DNA of 53,516 nucleotides from a virus (Duplodnaviria; Caudoviricetes): IMG/VR virus record IMGVR_UViG_3300008459_012190, positions 1 to 53,516 of that record; one strand, 5' to 3'. Shown piece by piece: positions 46,301 to 53,516 of this stretch (position 1 is its first letter; each line of letters starts with the position of its first letter). The notes under the pieces were generated by a model. It saw only the letters and a program-made list of their open reading frames with translations, ran no database searches and was not told where the DNA came from. The position numbers and the translations under genes were made by a program.

Positions 46301-49300
46301 GGCAGCTATTATAGGTGGTACTAATTTGAGGTTGAATTCAAATCACAACAACACAGTTTTTGTTGAGAGGTTTATGATTGATAAAGTTGATGTGAATGCT
46401 ACCGGTCAGTGTGTTATGGTATGGAATTCAAGTGATAGGAAAGTTTACTACCGTTTGGCTTCATCTTTAGGACAAGCAGGACCAGGCGCTTCGGCTCCTG
46501 CTGATAGGGTACCCTTTGGTTCACAAGATGGTACTACATTGGTTAACTCACCGGATTTCAAATTTTTTGTAAACGGTACTAGTTTATTAGCTGCTTCTTC
46601 GAGTACAATTGAAAGTTTCAGCTTTAGTAATGCAATCATATCTGGTTTTGGTCAAACAATTTCGAATGCAACAGCTTCTGTAATTTTTGGAGGACAAAAT
46701 AATATAATTTGTTCAAATAGTTGCTTTAGTTCGATTATTGGTGGTTCACTTAACACGATTACATTTTCAACCACATCTGGTATTTTCCAGAGTATTGATT
46801 CTCGAATATTCTCATCTGACAATTCAGTCATACTTGGGGGTTGTGTAAATCTTATCGCTTCAAGTGGTAGTTTAGCGTGTGGTGCTGATTGTAGTATGAT
46901 AATCGGTGGAACTTCTAACAGCATTTGGACAAACGGTATTTACGCTGATCCAAATATGACTTTCGGTGCTAATTCCGCTGTCAATTTTAGAAGTAAAAGA
47001 GCTTTTATTATTGGTGGAAATCAAAATACTATATCTCAGTCATGTAACTCTAAAATTCTCTTTTCAGATTCTAGTGTGATAACTAAAGGGTCTGAAAATA
47101 GTCTAATATTCGGTGGATGTGGACATTGTATAGTTTGTCACTCTCAACGTAATCAGATTATTGGTGGTAACTTTAATACAATAGGAAATACCTTTAGTAG
47201 AACCGGAGGTCCAGGTCAATTGAGTAATTCTGGATCTATAATTTTTGGTGGTGATGTTAATGTTATTGGTGGTGGATCTTATGCAGATAGAAATACTATA
47301 TTTGGTGGTCGATTCAATTGTATAGGTTTTTATGCTTTTGACGATACTATTATAAGATCATTCAGAAGTAAAATATTTGGTAAAGGAAATGATAGGATTA
47401 TCATAGGTTCTATTAATTCTTGTATATCAGCTAATAGTTTTGTTAAAGGAAATGATACCAATAGTAGTAAAAACAGTCTACTATTAGGAAAAAATAATAG
47501 AATTTCAGGAAGGTTTGGAGATAAATTTGGTACTGATAACTTAGTCATTGGTGGTGCAAATAATAGAATTGGTTATAATAAATTACAACCTTACACACCC
47601 ACCGGTTTCTCATTAGAGCCAGGACCATCTTGTCGTTCAATAATTTCATTTGGTGAATACAATGTCATCAATTGCCAAGTATATGACTCGAATATAATCG
47701 GTTCTAGATCTACTTGTATGAAAACTTCTCGTGAGTCTTCGATCATATCCTCCTCTAATGCTGTGATGTATAACTCTGTTGGGTCATCTATCATCGGAGC
47801 TTTTGGTGGTGTTTCTATTACTCCGGTAAATACTGGAAATTTTGAAAATGGTAGATTTTGTCAAAACTTTACATCAGTTAATAATAGGCAAATTGCACCA
47901 CGTACTGATGTTTTTATACCAGCAGGATCACTCACCATAACTGTATCGAATGTTGTAACTCTAGATGGAAACAGTGCTCAAAACACCACAGCTATATGTT
48001 ATAAGGGTACTTGTTTTCTTTCAGTTGGTATGGAAGTGCATGGTCCAAACATTCCAGATGGGACTATAATAACAAATATTTTACCTGATCTCAAGACATT
48101 TGAAATAAATAAACCAGTTCTATTTGGTGGGGTTGCTTCATGCACTGAGTTAAATTTCATCAATCGTCACGAAGAACAATTTATTTGTGGTAATTCAACT
48201 TGTATTTCGAGAAACTCCACAATTCTTGGTGGGGTCACAAATAGTATATTTATATCTAGTTGTTCATCGGTATTGGTTTCAGACAATAGTGGAATAACAA
48301 ACTCCAACACATCAACCTTATTGGGTGGTCTGAATAATTGTATAACTACATCAAATAATTCAATAATTATCGGTGGTGGAACAAATAGCATTTGTGGTTC
48401 AAGGTCATCTGGAATTATAATCTCCCAAAATTCAGGTATAACGGCATCATCGTTCAATTCTATGATTATTGATAGTACGAATAGTAGTATTTGTAACTCG
48501 TCAAATAATTCAATGATTGTTGGAGGTGCTACAAATAGTATTTGTACTTCTAAGTTCTCTAGCTTGGTATCATCACAATGTTCTGGTATTACTAATTCGA
48601 ATTCCTCCACAATCATTGGGGGTTGTTTTAATGATATCTGTAATTCTTCTAATTCTACAGTAATTGGTGGTTGTTTCAATACTGTACAATTCAGTTCGAT
48701 AAATTCCACAATTATTGGGGGTGTTTGTCATATTATGAGTACAAGTTCTTGCAGATCGAGTATGATTGGTGGGTACTGTAATACAGTTCAATTTGGTTCT
48801 TATGATTCTACCATTTTGGGTGGTATGTGTAATAATATGTCATCGGTTGTTGACCTTGGAGTGGCGAGAATACGAAGGTCATCAATTTTGGGTGGGCATT
48901 GTAACAGTATGATATGTAGTTCTTGCGAATCTGTAATCATAGCTGGTTGTGGTTTAAGTATGAGTAACTCTTGTAATTCCGCAATCATTGGTGGACAAGG
49001 GTTGACTATGAGTGGTATTTGTAATACAGTTTACTTACCATCATTGATGTTATTCACAGCATCACTATCAACCGCACCAACAGCTTCGGAAACATTGATT
49101 TGGGATCCAAATACAAAACGTGTTAATTCAATTCCAAACCCATTCTCACTAACTCCAAATTTAGGTCAGAATAGTTTAACATATTCTTTCTATGGTTCGA
49201 TTTTACCTGGATACGCTTCACAATCAACCGCTGGAAATCAATTGGGCACAACCCAGTCTCCTTGGAAGTCTATCAATGCGTTCAGAATACACGTGAAAGA

Positions 49301-51668
49301 AATGTATGTTGGGCCAGCATCAATTTACCTTGGAGACCTGAAGCTTAGTCAAGAAGGTTCTCAATTGAAGATCGAAGACACTACAATTGGTTCAACCGTA
49401 TCTCCGATTATAATTGGTAGCGGCACGGGACCACAAGGATTTACAGGTCCACAAGGAGCACCTAGTGTTACCAACTTAATAGTTTCTATTGACTCTAGTA
49501 CATTTTCTACAACAATTACACACTCCTTTGGAAGCTATCCATTGGTACAAATTATTGATGGTAATGGATACACAATCCAATCCTCATCATACTCAATACT
49601 TCATAGCAGTACTAATTCATATACTGTAACATTCAATGGTACATACTCTGGATATCTAGTAACAGGTGGTGGTTTGACTGGTCCACAAGGTAATCAAGGA
49701 CTAAAGGGTACAACAGGTACTCAGGGTTTCACTGGTCCACAGGGTTTCCAAGGTACACAAGGGTTCCAAGGTAACACTGGTTCGATTGGTTCTCAGGGTA
49801 TTACTGGACCTAGAGGTTTCACTGGTACCCAAGGTTTCACTGGACCAACTGGTATACAAGGTAGGACTGGTCCTCAAGGTTTCCAAGGTGTTACTGGTCC
49901 TGCTGGTGGTCCTCAAGGTTTCCAAGGTCCTCAAGGTGACCAAGGTCCTCGAGGTTTCGATGGTGTACAAGGAACCACAGGTGATTTAGGAACACAAGGT
50001 ATAACAGGTCCACAAGGTGACCAAGGATATCAAGGTCCTAGTGGACCTGCTGGTGGTCCACAAGGTGTTACTGGTCTACAAGGCGCTACTGGTTCACAGG
50101 GTGTTACTGGTCCTTATGGACCAGGTGGAAGCGCACAATTGTATGGAGATATTCTAAATCCATTTTCGGTTTATTTTTCACCAACCGCTAGTCCTGACCC
50201 ATTGACTTCTGGTGTTTCTTATCTAGAAATATCCTCAGCAACTGCAACTGTCGGTGTTACCGGTTCCTTGAAAGTACATGAATATGATATCAATGGTCAT
50301 TTATTAAATCATTATTGGGATACACTACTCAATAGTTCGCTTGTAAACTCCAATAACATCATTTATTTGACGGGTTACTACAATTTCTCTTTGATAGTCA
50401 CAAATGCAACTTATTCAAGTAATTTTTATAAGTTTGATATTTCTGTACTAAGTAGTAATGTCAATTCCTTTATGATTGGTGATCCTACTGAAACAATTTT
50501 CTATCAAATATCTTCACCACAAACTTACTTATCAAGAAATGATAGTGTAAGTGGTGTCACAGTTTCAGTTATAACTCATAGTAGTAATAGATATCCAATT
50601 GTTCAGACTATCGATAATTCTGGTCAAGTTATTATTCCATATAGTGTTGAACACTTATCAGCTCAAGTATTTAAGGTTCTATTCAGTTCAACATTTAGTG
50701 GTACGATAATTACTGGAGGTGCTGCGGGTCCACAAGGTGGTACTGGTTCAATGGGAATTGCAGGCATCACTGGTTCTCAGGGTTCTACCGGATTTCAAGG
50801 TTATCAAGGATTTCAAGGTGCAACTGGTCCACAAGGACCTGCAACCGACCCTATAATTACTTCAAATGAGGTCGTATTTGGTATTGGAACTGGTTTATCA
50901 TCAAGTTTGAATTTCACATTCGAAAAAACAAATTCATTAATATCTGTTGGTCCGTCAAATAGTATATTCTCACTCAATTATAACTCCGCTATAATTGGTG
51001 GTAATACCAATGATATTCTAGCAAACGCTTGTAATTCAGTTATCATAGGTGGTTTTACCAATCAGATTTTAGAATCTAATCATTCGACAATTATCGGTGG
51101 ATGTGTAAACTCAATTCACTATAGTAGTTGTCAGAACTCGATAGTTGGTGGTGGGAATAATACGATTTGTTCTTACATTACTCGAAGCTTAATTTTGGGT
51201 GGAGTAAACAACGTTATATCTTACTGTGGTGACAATTCCACTATTGTTGGTGGTTACGGTAACTGTATAGTTAGTGATGATACTAATCCAAATTCAGACT
51301 CGACAATACTAGGTGGACGTGAAAATAAAATCACGAATGCTACACAAAGTAGTTTCTCTAACTTTATTATCGGTGGTAATTGTAATTGTTTATTCAATAA
51401 TTCACATAGTGGTATTATTGGTGGTTGTAACAATACTTTAGTTTCCTCCACAAATTCAGTTATAATTGGCGGTGAAGGATTAAGTTTCAATAACAAGACA
51501 AACACTGTTATAATACCAAGTCTTATGGTGGCATCATCATCTGTATCAAGGTCTCATATTAATTTGGTTGCTGGAGCATCTCCTAGTGTTCCGGTTGATG
51601 GTGATCTTTGGTATGATGGTAGTCAATTATACTTCCAAAAGGGTGGAACAACTGTACAATTAACTTAA
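40356..51668 (+). CDS. Giant (3770 aa) fibre/adhesin-like virion protein with Cys-rich IIGGxxN beta-helix repeats and collagen-like segments
   Basis: Dozens of S.IIGG..N.I repeats, G-P/F/T-Q-G triplets, and a CBM5/12-like [15 protein letters not shown]. Confidence 0.85.
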   Translation: MAINQILGVPDWQKLSTFTGSLPAPGFSQIYPGPNKYWYAYDGTYVKRFEYGIQYGAGLSTVFAATESFVDKRIDVNIGSGLSYSYEGEGSAIFVTGLTSGNLNIIGSFTQGYVLSLSSTASGQFQWIAAGSASVQGTSGSIAKFTSNSSVGDSAMIEVITGTPSFDRRSVYIGMPQPTNLGGSSTVRSSVAFGASPSILVDKQIFLGDNPNRYIGFTNSNQVEISTTGEFIVADYPLFTGTTSKARFIGAVTDTSTFSNLGYDRNIDFLSGLVSVNQRPGYPALFVNTTSPDLVGVSPSNMVRTPTFSFDSSNPFLGSITGTFGVALGLSGGGIQIKDGTEGQYKVLVSSTNQGHGIWATMVGIQGLHSLTSSLSGDNLNGNFLSSNYVARVPIYQKPGSFELGDRFYGPTSAWGTFSRSFTYSILISEQNFAYERNWDGVTRSGPFDVNFIVPNIGATYAQFMMNRSNQEYYGSLYLYDEGEKFGVVRAGGLNSRTGIFAKDISNTVLGPGSNGSYAIKPGNRNNSIVYFLNSDRTSAVDPTNKLTIQAWNFQISTGLAARGFTFSNSNFTIDTGSYPGYGYWPRSVYEEKLIWASPTDWQTGLTISATQGQPDRFSSVTSLGGGLLPPAPRTFAINPNNGLDTQVVRRRTNLLYNQPERDRFNNILYNFEVSRMGYTGSLTQSSTSLDTILGQWIRIESGDFNGSMTQSTGLFVTPQWGSFINSGVLGMTLSRQVGIQVTQQVGYTERVPLGTVQEAYDFMSGRIGNGNVISNIQSHVGFFAQSKMRGRQWDPSGRRTFDYGGRLDNTVSFRTTPTQWPTYSVYKDKPWAFYAERDKSNLGGGLLIDMGATFGTPLRAFLEIEAVTRSVADGTSPFTVSATISVFQRDGSYVTFSHAGSPKSVFTGTISGFTLSVASVISGLGNIVPPSGLTGSGVLSNTRIIAFGTGVGGVGTYTLDQSQTVGVAVQMTSTKDNSYSTYVETYPQMLLRPGVTPSYQSDGSLWYTPGYLAFVDGGQVFNLLGTKSAASLNSGLTGNGVLGYVPVWTGGSSLRGTSSIYISDNGGGNVGINFCSSYPNLPLQVGTTSASCNVSIGVSGSILYQDGSHGTTGSVMVADGTGKLSLLALPKSNQVVFSDFTGTSLTSSVNFQFINANSVTASAIVAGRSNTILDPTIDSIVVGGFCNRLGVFGTTSMTHCISNSSIIGGCCNTVGGTCSSFANIIGGRCNRIENFNFRNSIFGSDLSTITGDGICVLRSVIVGGAQNLICKGNESTIIGGGCNTIWHCISGQNGTFKSTILGGCCNSINTYTAQSSIVGGCKNLITNRSCNSIVLGGVCNTICTSTWGGDSGGNDNAILGGATNSIESYKSHYGAFGNYGNCSSIIIGGGLNKIGCNLVANATCPGVVRSTILGGQQNFMFCNSANSNIIGGRLNQLIGSTNSAIIGALSATVSCSRNSVIIGGVGLSLSSCDNMVYVPSLMISTISHDSSATCFLVWDFATKTVRGRTGGAGGGTKGDKGDQGPIGPAGADGTGAEWYWEGIWSNSCVYVVGSIVTYQGQTWYSCTGQSNITPVQGPTWSLIAAKGATGATGISSIGTFNQNVSYANGANLSATGVLTLGAATITNPGLIHTGSQTFSGDKQFRGDVLIGPTNTNGLFLFGEDGINYSGFLGPTTTSSNLIYRLPPLAPLERYLKTCTSLDGVIGLMWATASGGGASSIVISTKEVVFGDGSGVTSDSNFCFDPSNCDFIVSSTPTNNSSSGMNAIVGGSGHILTSGLRSAMIAGQDNQIVGSTCSIIIGSRASCICRTGAGGEFVSGLIIGGDNNRIIGSASDFSTIINGNNQCICGSGNNNTTILGGIGNCIFLCSQNSTIIGGSNNAIQFSCCSSIISSAQSQIISDTNIPGSETTKSALIIGGLTNRIVGSASDFTTILNGNNQCICGPNSNNAGIVGGSGNLIGTSSNNSFIIGGDNNKIEGASRAAIIGGTNLRLNSNHNNTVFVERFMIDKVDVNATGQCVMVWNSSDRKVYYRLASSLGQAGPGASAPADRVPFGSQDGTTLVNSPDFKFFVNGTSLLAASSSTIESFSFSNAIISGFGQTISNATASVIFGGQNNIICSNSCFSSIIGGSLNTITFSTTSGIFQSIDSRIFSSDNSVILGGCVNLIASSGSLACGADCSMIIGGTSNSIWTNGIYADPNMTFGANSAVNFRSKRAFIIGGNQNTISQSCNSKILFSDSSVITKGSENSLIFGGCGHCIVCHSQRNQIIGGNFNTIGNTFSRTGGPGQLSNSGSIIFGGDVNVIGGGSYADRNTIFGGRFNCIGFYAFDDTIIRSFRSKIFGKGNDRIIIGSINSCISANSFVKGNDTNSSKNSLLLGKNNRISGRFGDKFGTDNLVIGGANNRIGYNKLQPYTPTGFSLEPGPSCRSIISFGEYNVINCQVYDSNIIGSRSTCMKTSRESSIISSSNAVMYNSVGSSIIGAFGGVSITPVNTGNFENGRFCQNFTSVNNRQIAPRTDVFIPAGSLTITVSNVVTLDGNSAQNTTAICYKGTCFLSVGMEVHGPNIPDGTIITNILPDLKTFEINKPVLFGGVASCTELNFINRHEEQFICGNSTCISRNSTILGGVTNSIFISSCSSVLVSDNSGITNSNTSTLLGGLNNCITTSNNSIIIGGGTNSICGSRSSGIIISQNSGITASSFNSMIIDSTNSSICNSSNNSMIVGGATNSICTSKFSSLVSSQCSGITNSNSSTIIGGCFNDICNSSNSTVIGGCFNTVQFSSINSTIIGGVCHIMSTSSCRSSMIGGYCNTVQFGSYDSTILGGMCNNMSSVVDLGVARIRRSSILGGHCNSMICSSCESVIIAGCGLSMSNSCNSAIIGGQGLTMSGICNTVYLPSLMLFTASLSTAPTASETLIWDPNTKRVNSIPNPFSLTPNLGQNSLTYSFYGSILPGYASQSTAGNQLGTTQSPWKSINAFRIHVKEMYVGPASIYLGDLKLSQEGSQLKIEDTTIGSTVSPIIIGSGTGPQGFTGPQGAPSVTNLIVSIDSSTFSTTITHSFGSYPLVQIIDGNGYTIQSSSYSILHSSTNSYTVTFNGTYSGYLVTGGGLTGPQGNQGLKGTTGTQGFTGPQGFQGTQGFQGNTGSIGSQGITGPRGFTGTQGFTGPTGIQGRTGPQGFQGVTGPAGGPQGFQGPQGDQGPRGFDGVQGTTGDLGTQGITGPQGDQGYQGPSGPAGGPQGVTGLQGATGSQGVTGPYGPGGSAQLYGDILNPFSVYFSPTASPDPLTSGVSYLEISSATATVGVTGSLKVHEYDINGHLLNHYWDTLLNSSLVNSNNIIYLTGYYNFSLIVTNATYSSNFYKFDISVLSSNVNSFMIGDPTETIFYQISSPQTYLSRNDSVSGVTVSVITHSSNRYPIVQTIDNSGQVIIPYSVEHLSAQVFKVLFSSTFSGTIITGGAAGPQGGTGSMGIAGITGSQGSTGFQGYQGFQGATGPQGPATDPIITSNEVVFGIGTGLSSSLNFTFEKTNSLISVGPSNSIFSLNYNSAIIGGNTNDILANACNSVIIGGFTNQILESNHSTIIGGCVNSIHYSSCQNSIVGGGNNTICSYITRSLILGGVNNVISYCGDNSTIVGGYGNCIVSDDTNPNSDSTILGGRENKITNATQSSFSNFIIGGNCNCLFNNSHSGIIGGCNNTLVSSTNSVIIGGEGLSFNNKTNTVIIPSLMVASSSVSRSHINLVAGASPSVPVDGDLWYDGSQLYFQKGGTTVQLT
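49670..50125 (+). repeat. Collagen-like Gly-X-Y coding repeat
   Basis: About 50 GPQ/GFT/GFQ/GxT triplets with short interruptions; boundaries approximate. Confidence 0.85.
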
Positions 51669-51728
51669 AAGGTTTTTGTCTTTTAGAAACAAATATCAAA
51701 AAAAAATTATAAGTATATAATTATAAGT

Positions 51729-52685
51729 ATGGAACATATATTACAAGAAAATAAGGATAGGTTCGTGATGTTTCCTTTGAAATATCATGATATTTGGGAA
51801 ATGTACAAAACAGCCGAACATTCATTTTGGACTGCTGAAGAGATTGATCTAGCGGTGGATCTGGTAGATTGGGATGAAAAACTAAATAAGGACGAAAAAC
51901 ATTTCATCAAAATGGTTCTTGCTTTTTTTGCCGCCTCAGATGGTATTGTAAATGAAAATTTGGCAGAGAATTTCCTCAAAGAAGTTCAATATCCAGAAGC
52001 TAAATCTTTCTATGGCTTTCAAATTGCTATGGAGAACGTACACTCTGAAACTTATTCACTTCTTATTGACACGTATATTAAAGATGAGAAGGAAAAAGAT
52101 ATGTTGTTTCACGCGATTGATAATTATCCATCAATTAAGGAAAAAGCTGATTGGGCTCTAAAATGGATCCAATCTGAATCATTTGCCGAAAGACTAATTG
52201 CATTCGCTGCAGTAGAAGGTATATTTTTCTCTGGTAGTTTCTGTTCTATTTTCTGGCTAAAAAGAAGAGGTCTCATGCCAGGTCTCGCATTCTCAAATGA
52301 ACTTATCTCAAGAGATGAGGGTCTTCATTGTAAATTTGCTTGTCTTATTTATAATAAGTACATCAAGAATAAACTATCAGAAGAAAGAATTAAAGAAATT
52401 ATCTGTTCCGCAGTAGAAATCGAAAAAGTTTTCATTACTGAGTCTCTACCTGTCTCGCTAATTGGTATGAACTCTGATTTGATGAAACAGTATATTGAAT
52501 TCGTTGCTGATTTTTGGTTGATGGAACTTGGTTGTTCAAAAGTTTTTGGTACTCAAAATCCATTTGATTTTATGGATATGTTGAGTTTGCAGGGTAAAAC
52601 AAATTTCTTTGAAAAGAGAGTTGGTGAATATAAGAAAGTATCCGACCGAACTATTGATTTTGATAATATGGATACAGATTTTTGA
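51729..52685 (+). CDS. nrdB: Ribonucleotide reductase class Ia beta subunit
   Basis: [53 protein letters not shown]. Confidence 0.95.
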   Translation: MEHILQENKDRFVMFPLKYHDIWEMYKTAEHSFWTAEEIDLAVDLVDWDEKLNKDEKHFIKMVLAFFAASDGIVNENLAENFLKEVQYPEAKSFYGFQIAMENVHSETYSLLIDTYIKDEKEKDMLFHAIDNYPSIKEKADWALKWIQSESFAERLIAFAAVEGIFFSGSFCSIFWLKRRGLMPGLAFSNELISRDEGLHCKFACLIYNKYIKNKLSEERIKEIICSAVEIEKVFITESLPVSLIGMNSDLMKQYIEFVADFWLMELGCSKVFGTQNPFDFMDMLSLQGKTNFFEKRVGEYKKVSDRTIDFDNMDTDF

Positions 52686-52692
52686 TTATCCG

Positions 52693-52717
52693 AACCCTTC
52701 AGACGAAGGGTTTTTTT
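52693..52717 (+). terminator. Intrinsic terminator
   Basis: AACCCTTC-agac-GAAGGG-T7. Confidence 0.8.
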
Positions 52718-52757
52718 ATGCACCATATTTTAATATATACAATAAATAACTCTTTTT

Positions 52758-53516
52758 ATGAGTGTATATACAGTTGAAGAATTTATTGATTTCGTACAAA
52801 GTGATGTGACGGTTGGTGGTGCTCTCCCAAAAAACTTACCTGATCATGCCATAAGACAATTTATTGAAACTAGGGCTCTACCTTGGTTTTACCAGAATTA
52901 TCAATTTTCGGTTAGTAAAATGTATTATCTCATCAATAAAGAAGCATTCCAAACTGAGTTTTATACAAATTATAAATATTTGGAATTACCGTGCGAAATA
53001 CAATCTGTGACTTGGATTTACCAAGTTATGAACACTCAATTGTTACAATTGGGAATTAATGTACCAAACCTCTCTGTGAATTTGGGTGTTACAAACCAAC
53101 CCTACTTATCATCATATGTTACAACCATTGGAGAACTCGGTATGTATAAAACACTGATTGACAACATGGCTGATATGTTAAATCAAATGAACTTATATAC
53201 TGTAAAATATCATTTTAATCAACTAAGTCATAGATTGAATGTATTAACGGATGTTAGACATCATTTAGTATTAGAAGCTTACGTGAATATACCAGCCGAA
53301 AATATGTTTTCTGACACTTATTTTTTGAAATATGTAACTGCTTGGGCAAAAATGCAACAAGGTAGATTGCTTGGAATGTTTGATTTTAGTTTACCAGGTG
53401 GTGTAAAGTATAATTCCTCAGAAATGGTAACCCAAGGTAAAGAGGAAATGAAGGAGGTAGAGGAGGAAATCAAAGGAATGAGCACATCGTCATTTTTCTA
53501 CTTGGTTAAAAGGTAA
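52758..53516 (+). CDS. Neck protein, T4 gp13-like
   Basis: C-terminal FLKYVTAWAK.Q.G..L..F..SLPGGVKYN..EM..QG.EE pattern; AATATATA upstream. Confidence 0.7.
   Translation: MSVYTVEEFIDFVQSDVTVGGALPKNLPDHAIRQFIETRALPWFYQNYQFSVSKMYYLINKEAFQTEFYTNYKYLELPCEIQSVTWIYQVMNTQLLQLGINVPNLSVNLGVTNQPYLSSYVTTIGELGMYKTLIDNMADMLNQMNLYTVKYHFNQLSHRLNVLTDVRHHLVLEAYVNIPAENMFSDTYFLKYVTAWAKMQQGRLLGMFDFSLPGGVKYNSSEMVTQGKEEMKEVEEEIKGMSTSSFFYLVKR

Noticed and set aside
41186-51505. Numerous short minus-strand ORFs within the giant gene (also within 20188-24366)
   Set aside because: Antisense shadows of Gly/Ser/Asn-biased repetitive coding sequence.
51729-52685. Eukaryotic or giant-virus origin suggested by the eukaryote-like NrdB
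   Set aside because: This NrdB type also occurs in Bacteroidota, and the T4-like tail, neck, UvsW and primase genes, bacterial promoters and terminators indicate a bacteriophage.

Overview
AT-rich (roughly 30% GC by eye), densely coded fragment of a large T4-like (myovirus/jumbo) phage genome, read in the standard code. Repeated TTTG-N19-20-TAnnTTTG promoters point to a Bacteroidota host. The window holds: a tail/baseplate cluster (three paralogous fibre proteins, gp53-, hub- and gp5-like genes, a 3770-aa fibre, a gp13-like neck protein); replication genes (UvsW, primase, probable clamp, the C-terminal half of a split family-B polymerase, NrdB); and host-like genes (fatty-acid desaturase, ClpP, PurB). 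Best finding: the polymerase gene is interrupted inside catalytic motif B (QLAL|KLVLNGSYG) by a 40-nt structured gap with stops in all three frames, flanked by Leu codons and preceded by a long hairpin. This resembles T4 gene 60 programmed ribosomal bypassing. Other findings: a tRNA-Leu(UAA) split by a 209-nt group I intron, and two short peptide tags (N-terminal 'MKHLKxFEEF'-like and C-terminal 'R[DE]xKIxxIL'-like) that track with two different promoter classes. All calls come from motif reading only; no database searches were run.
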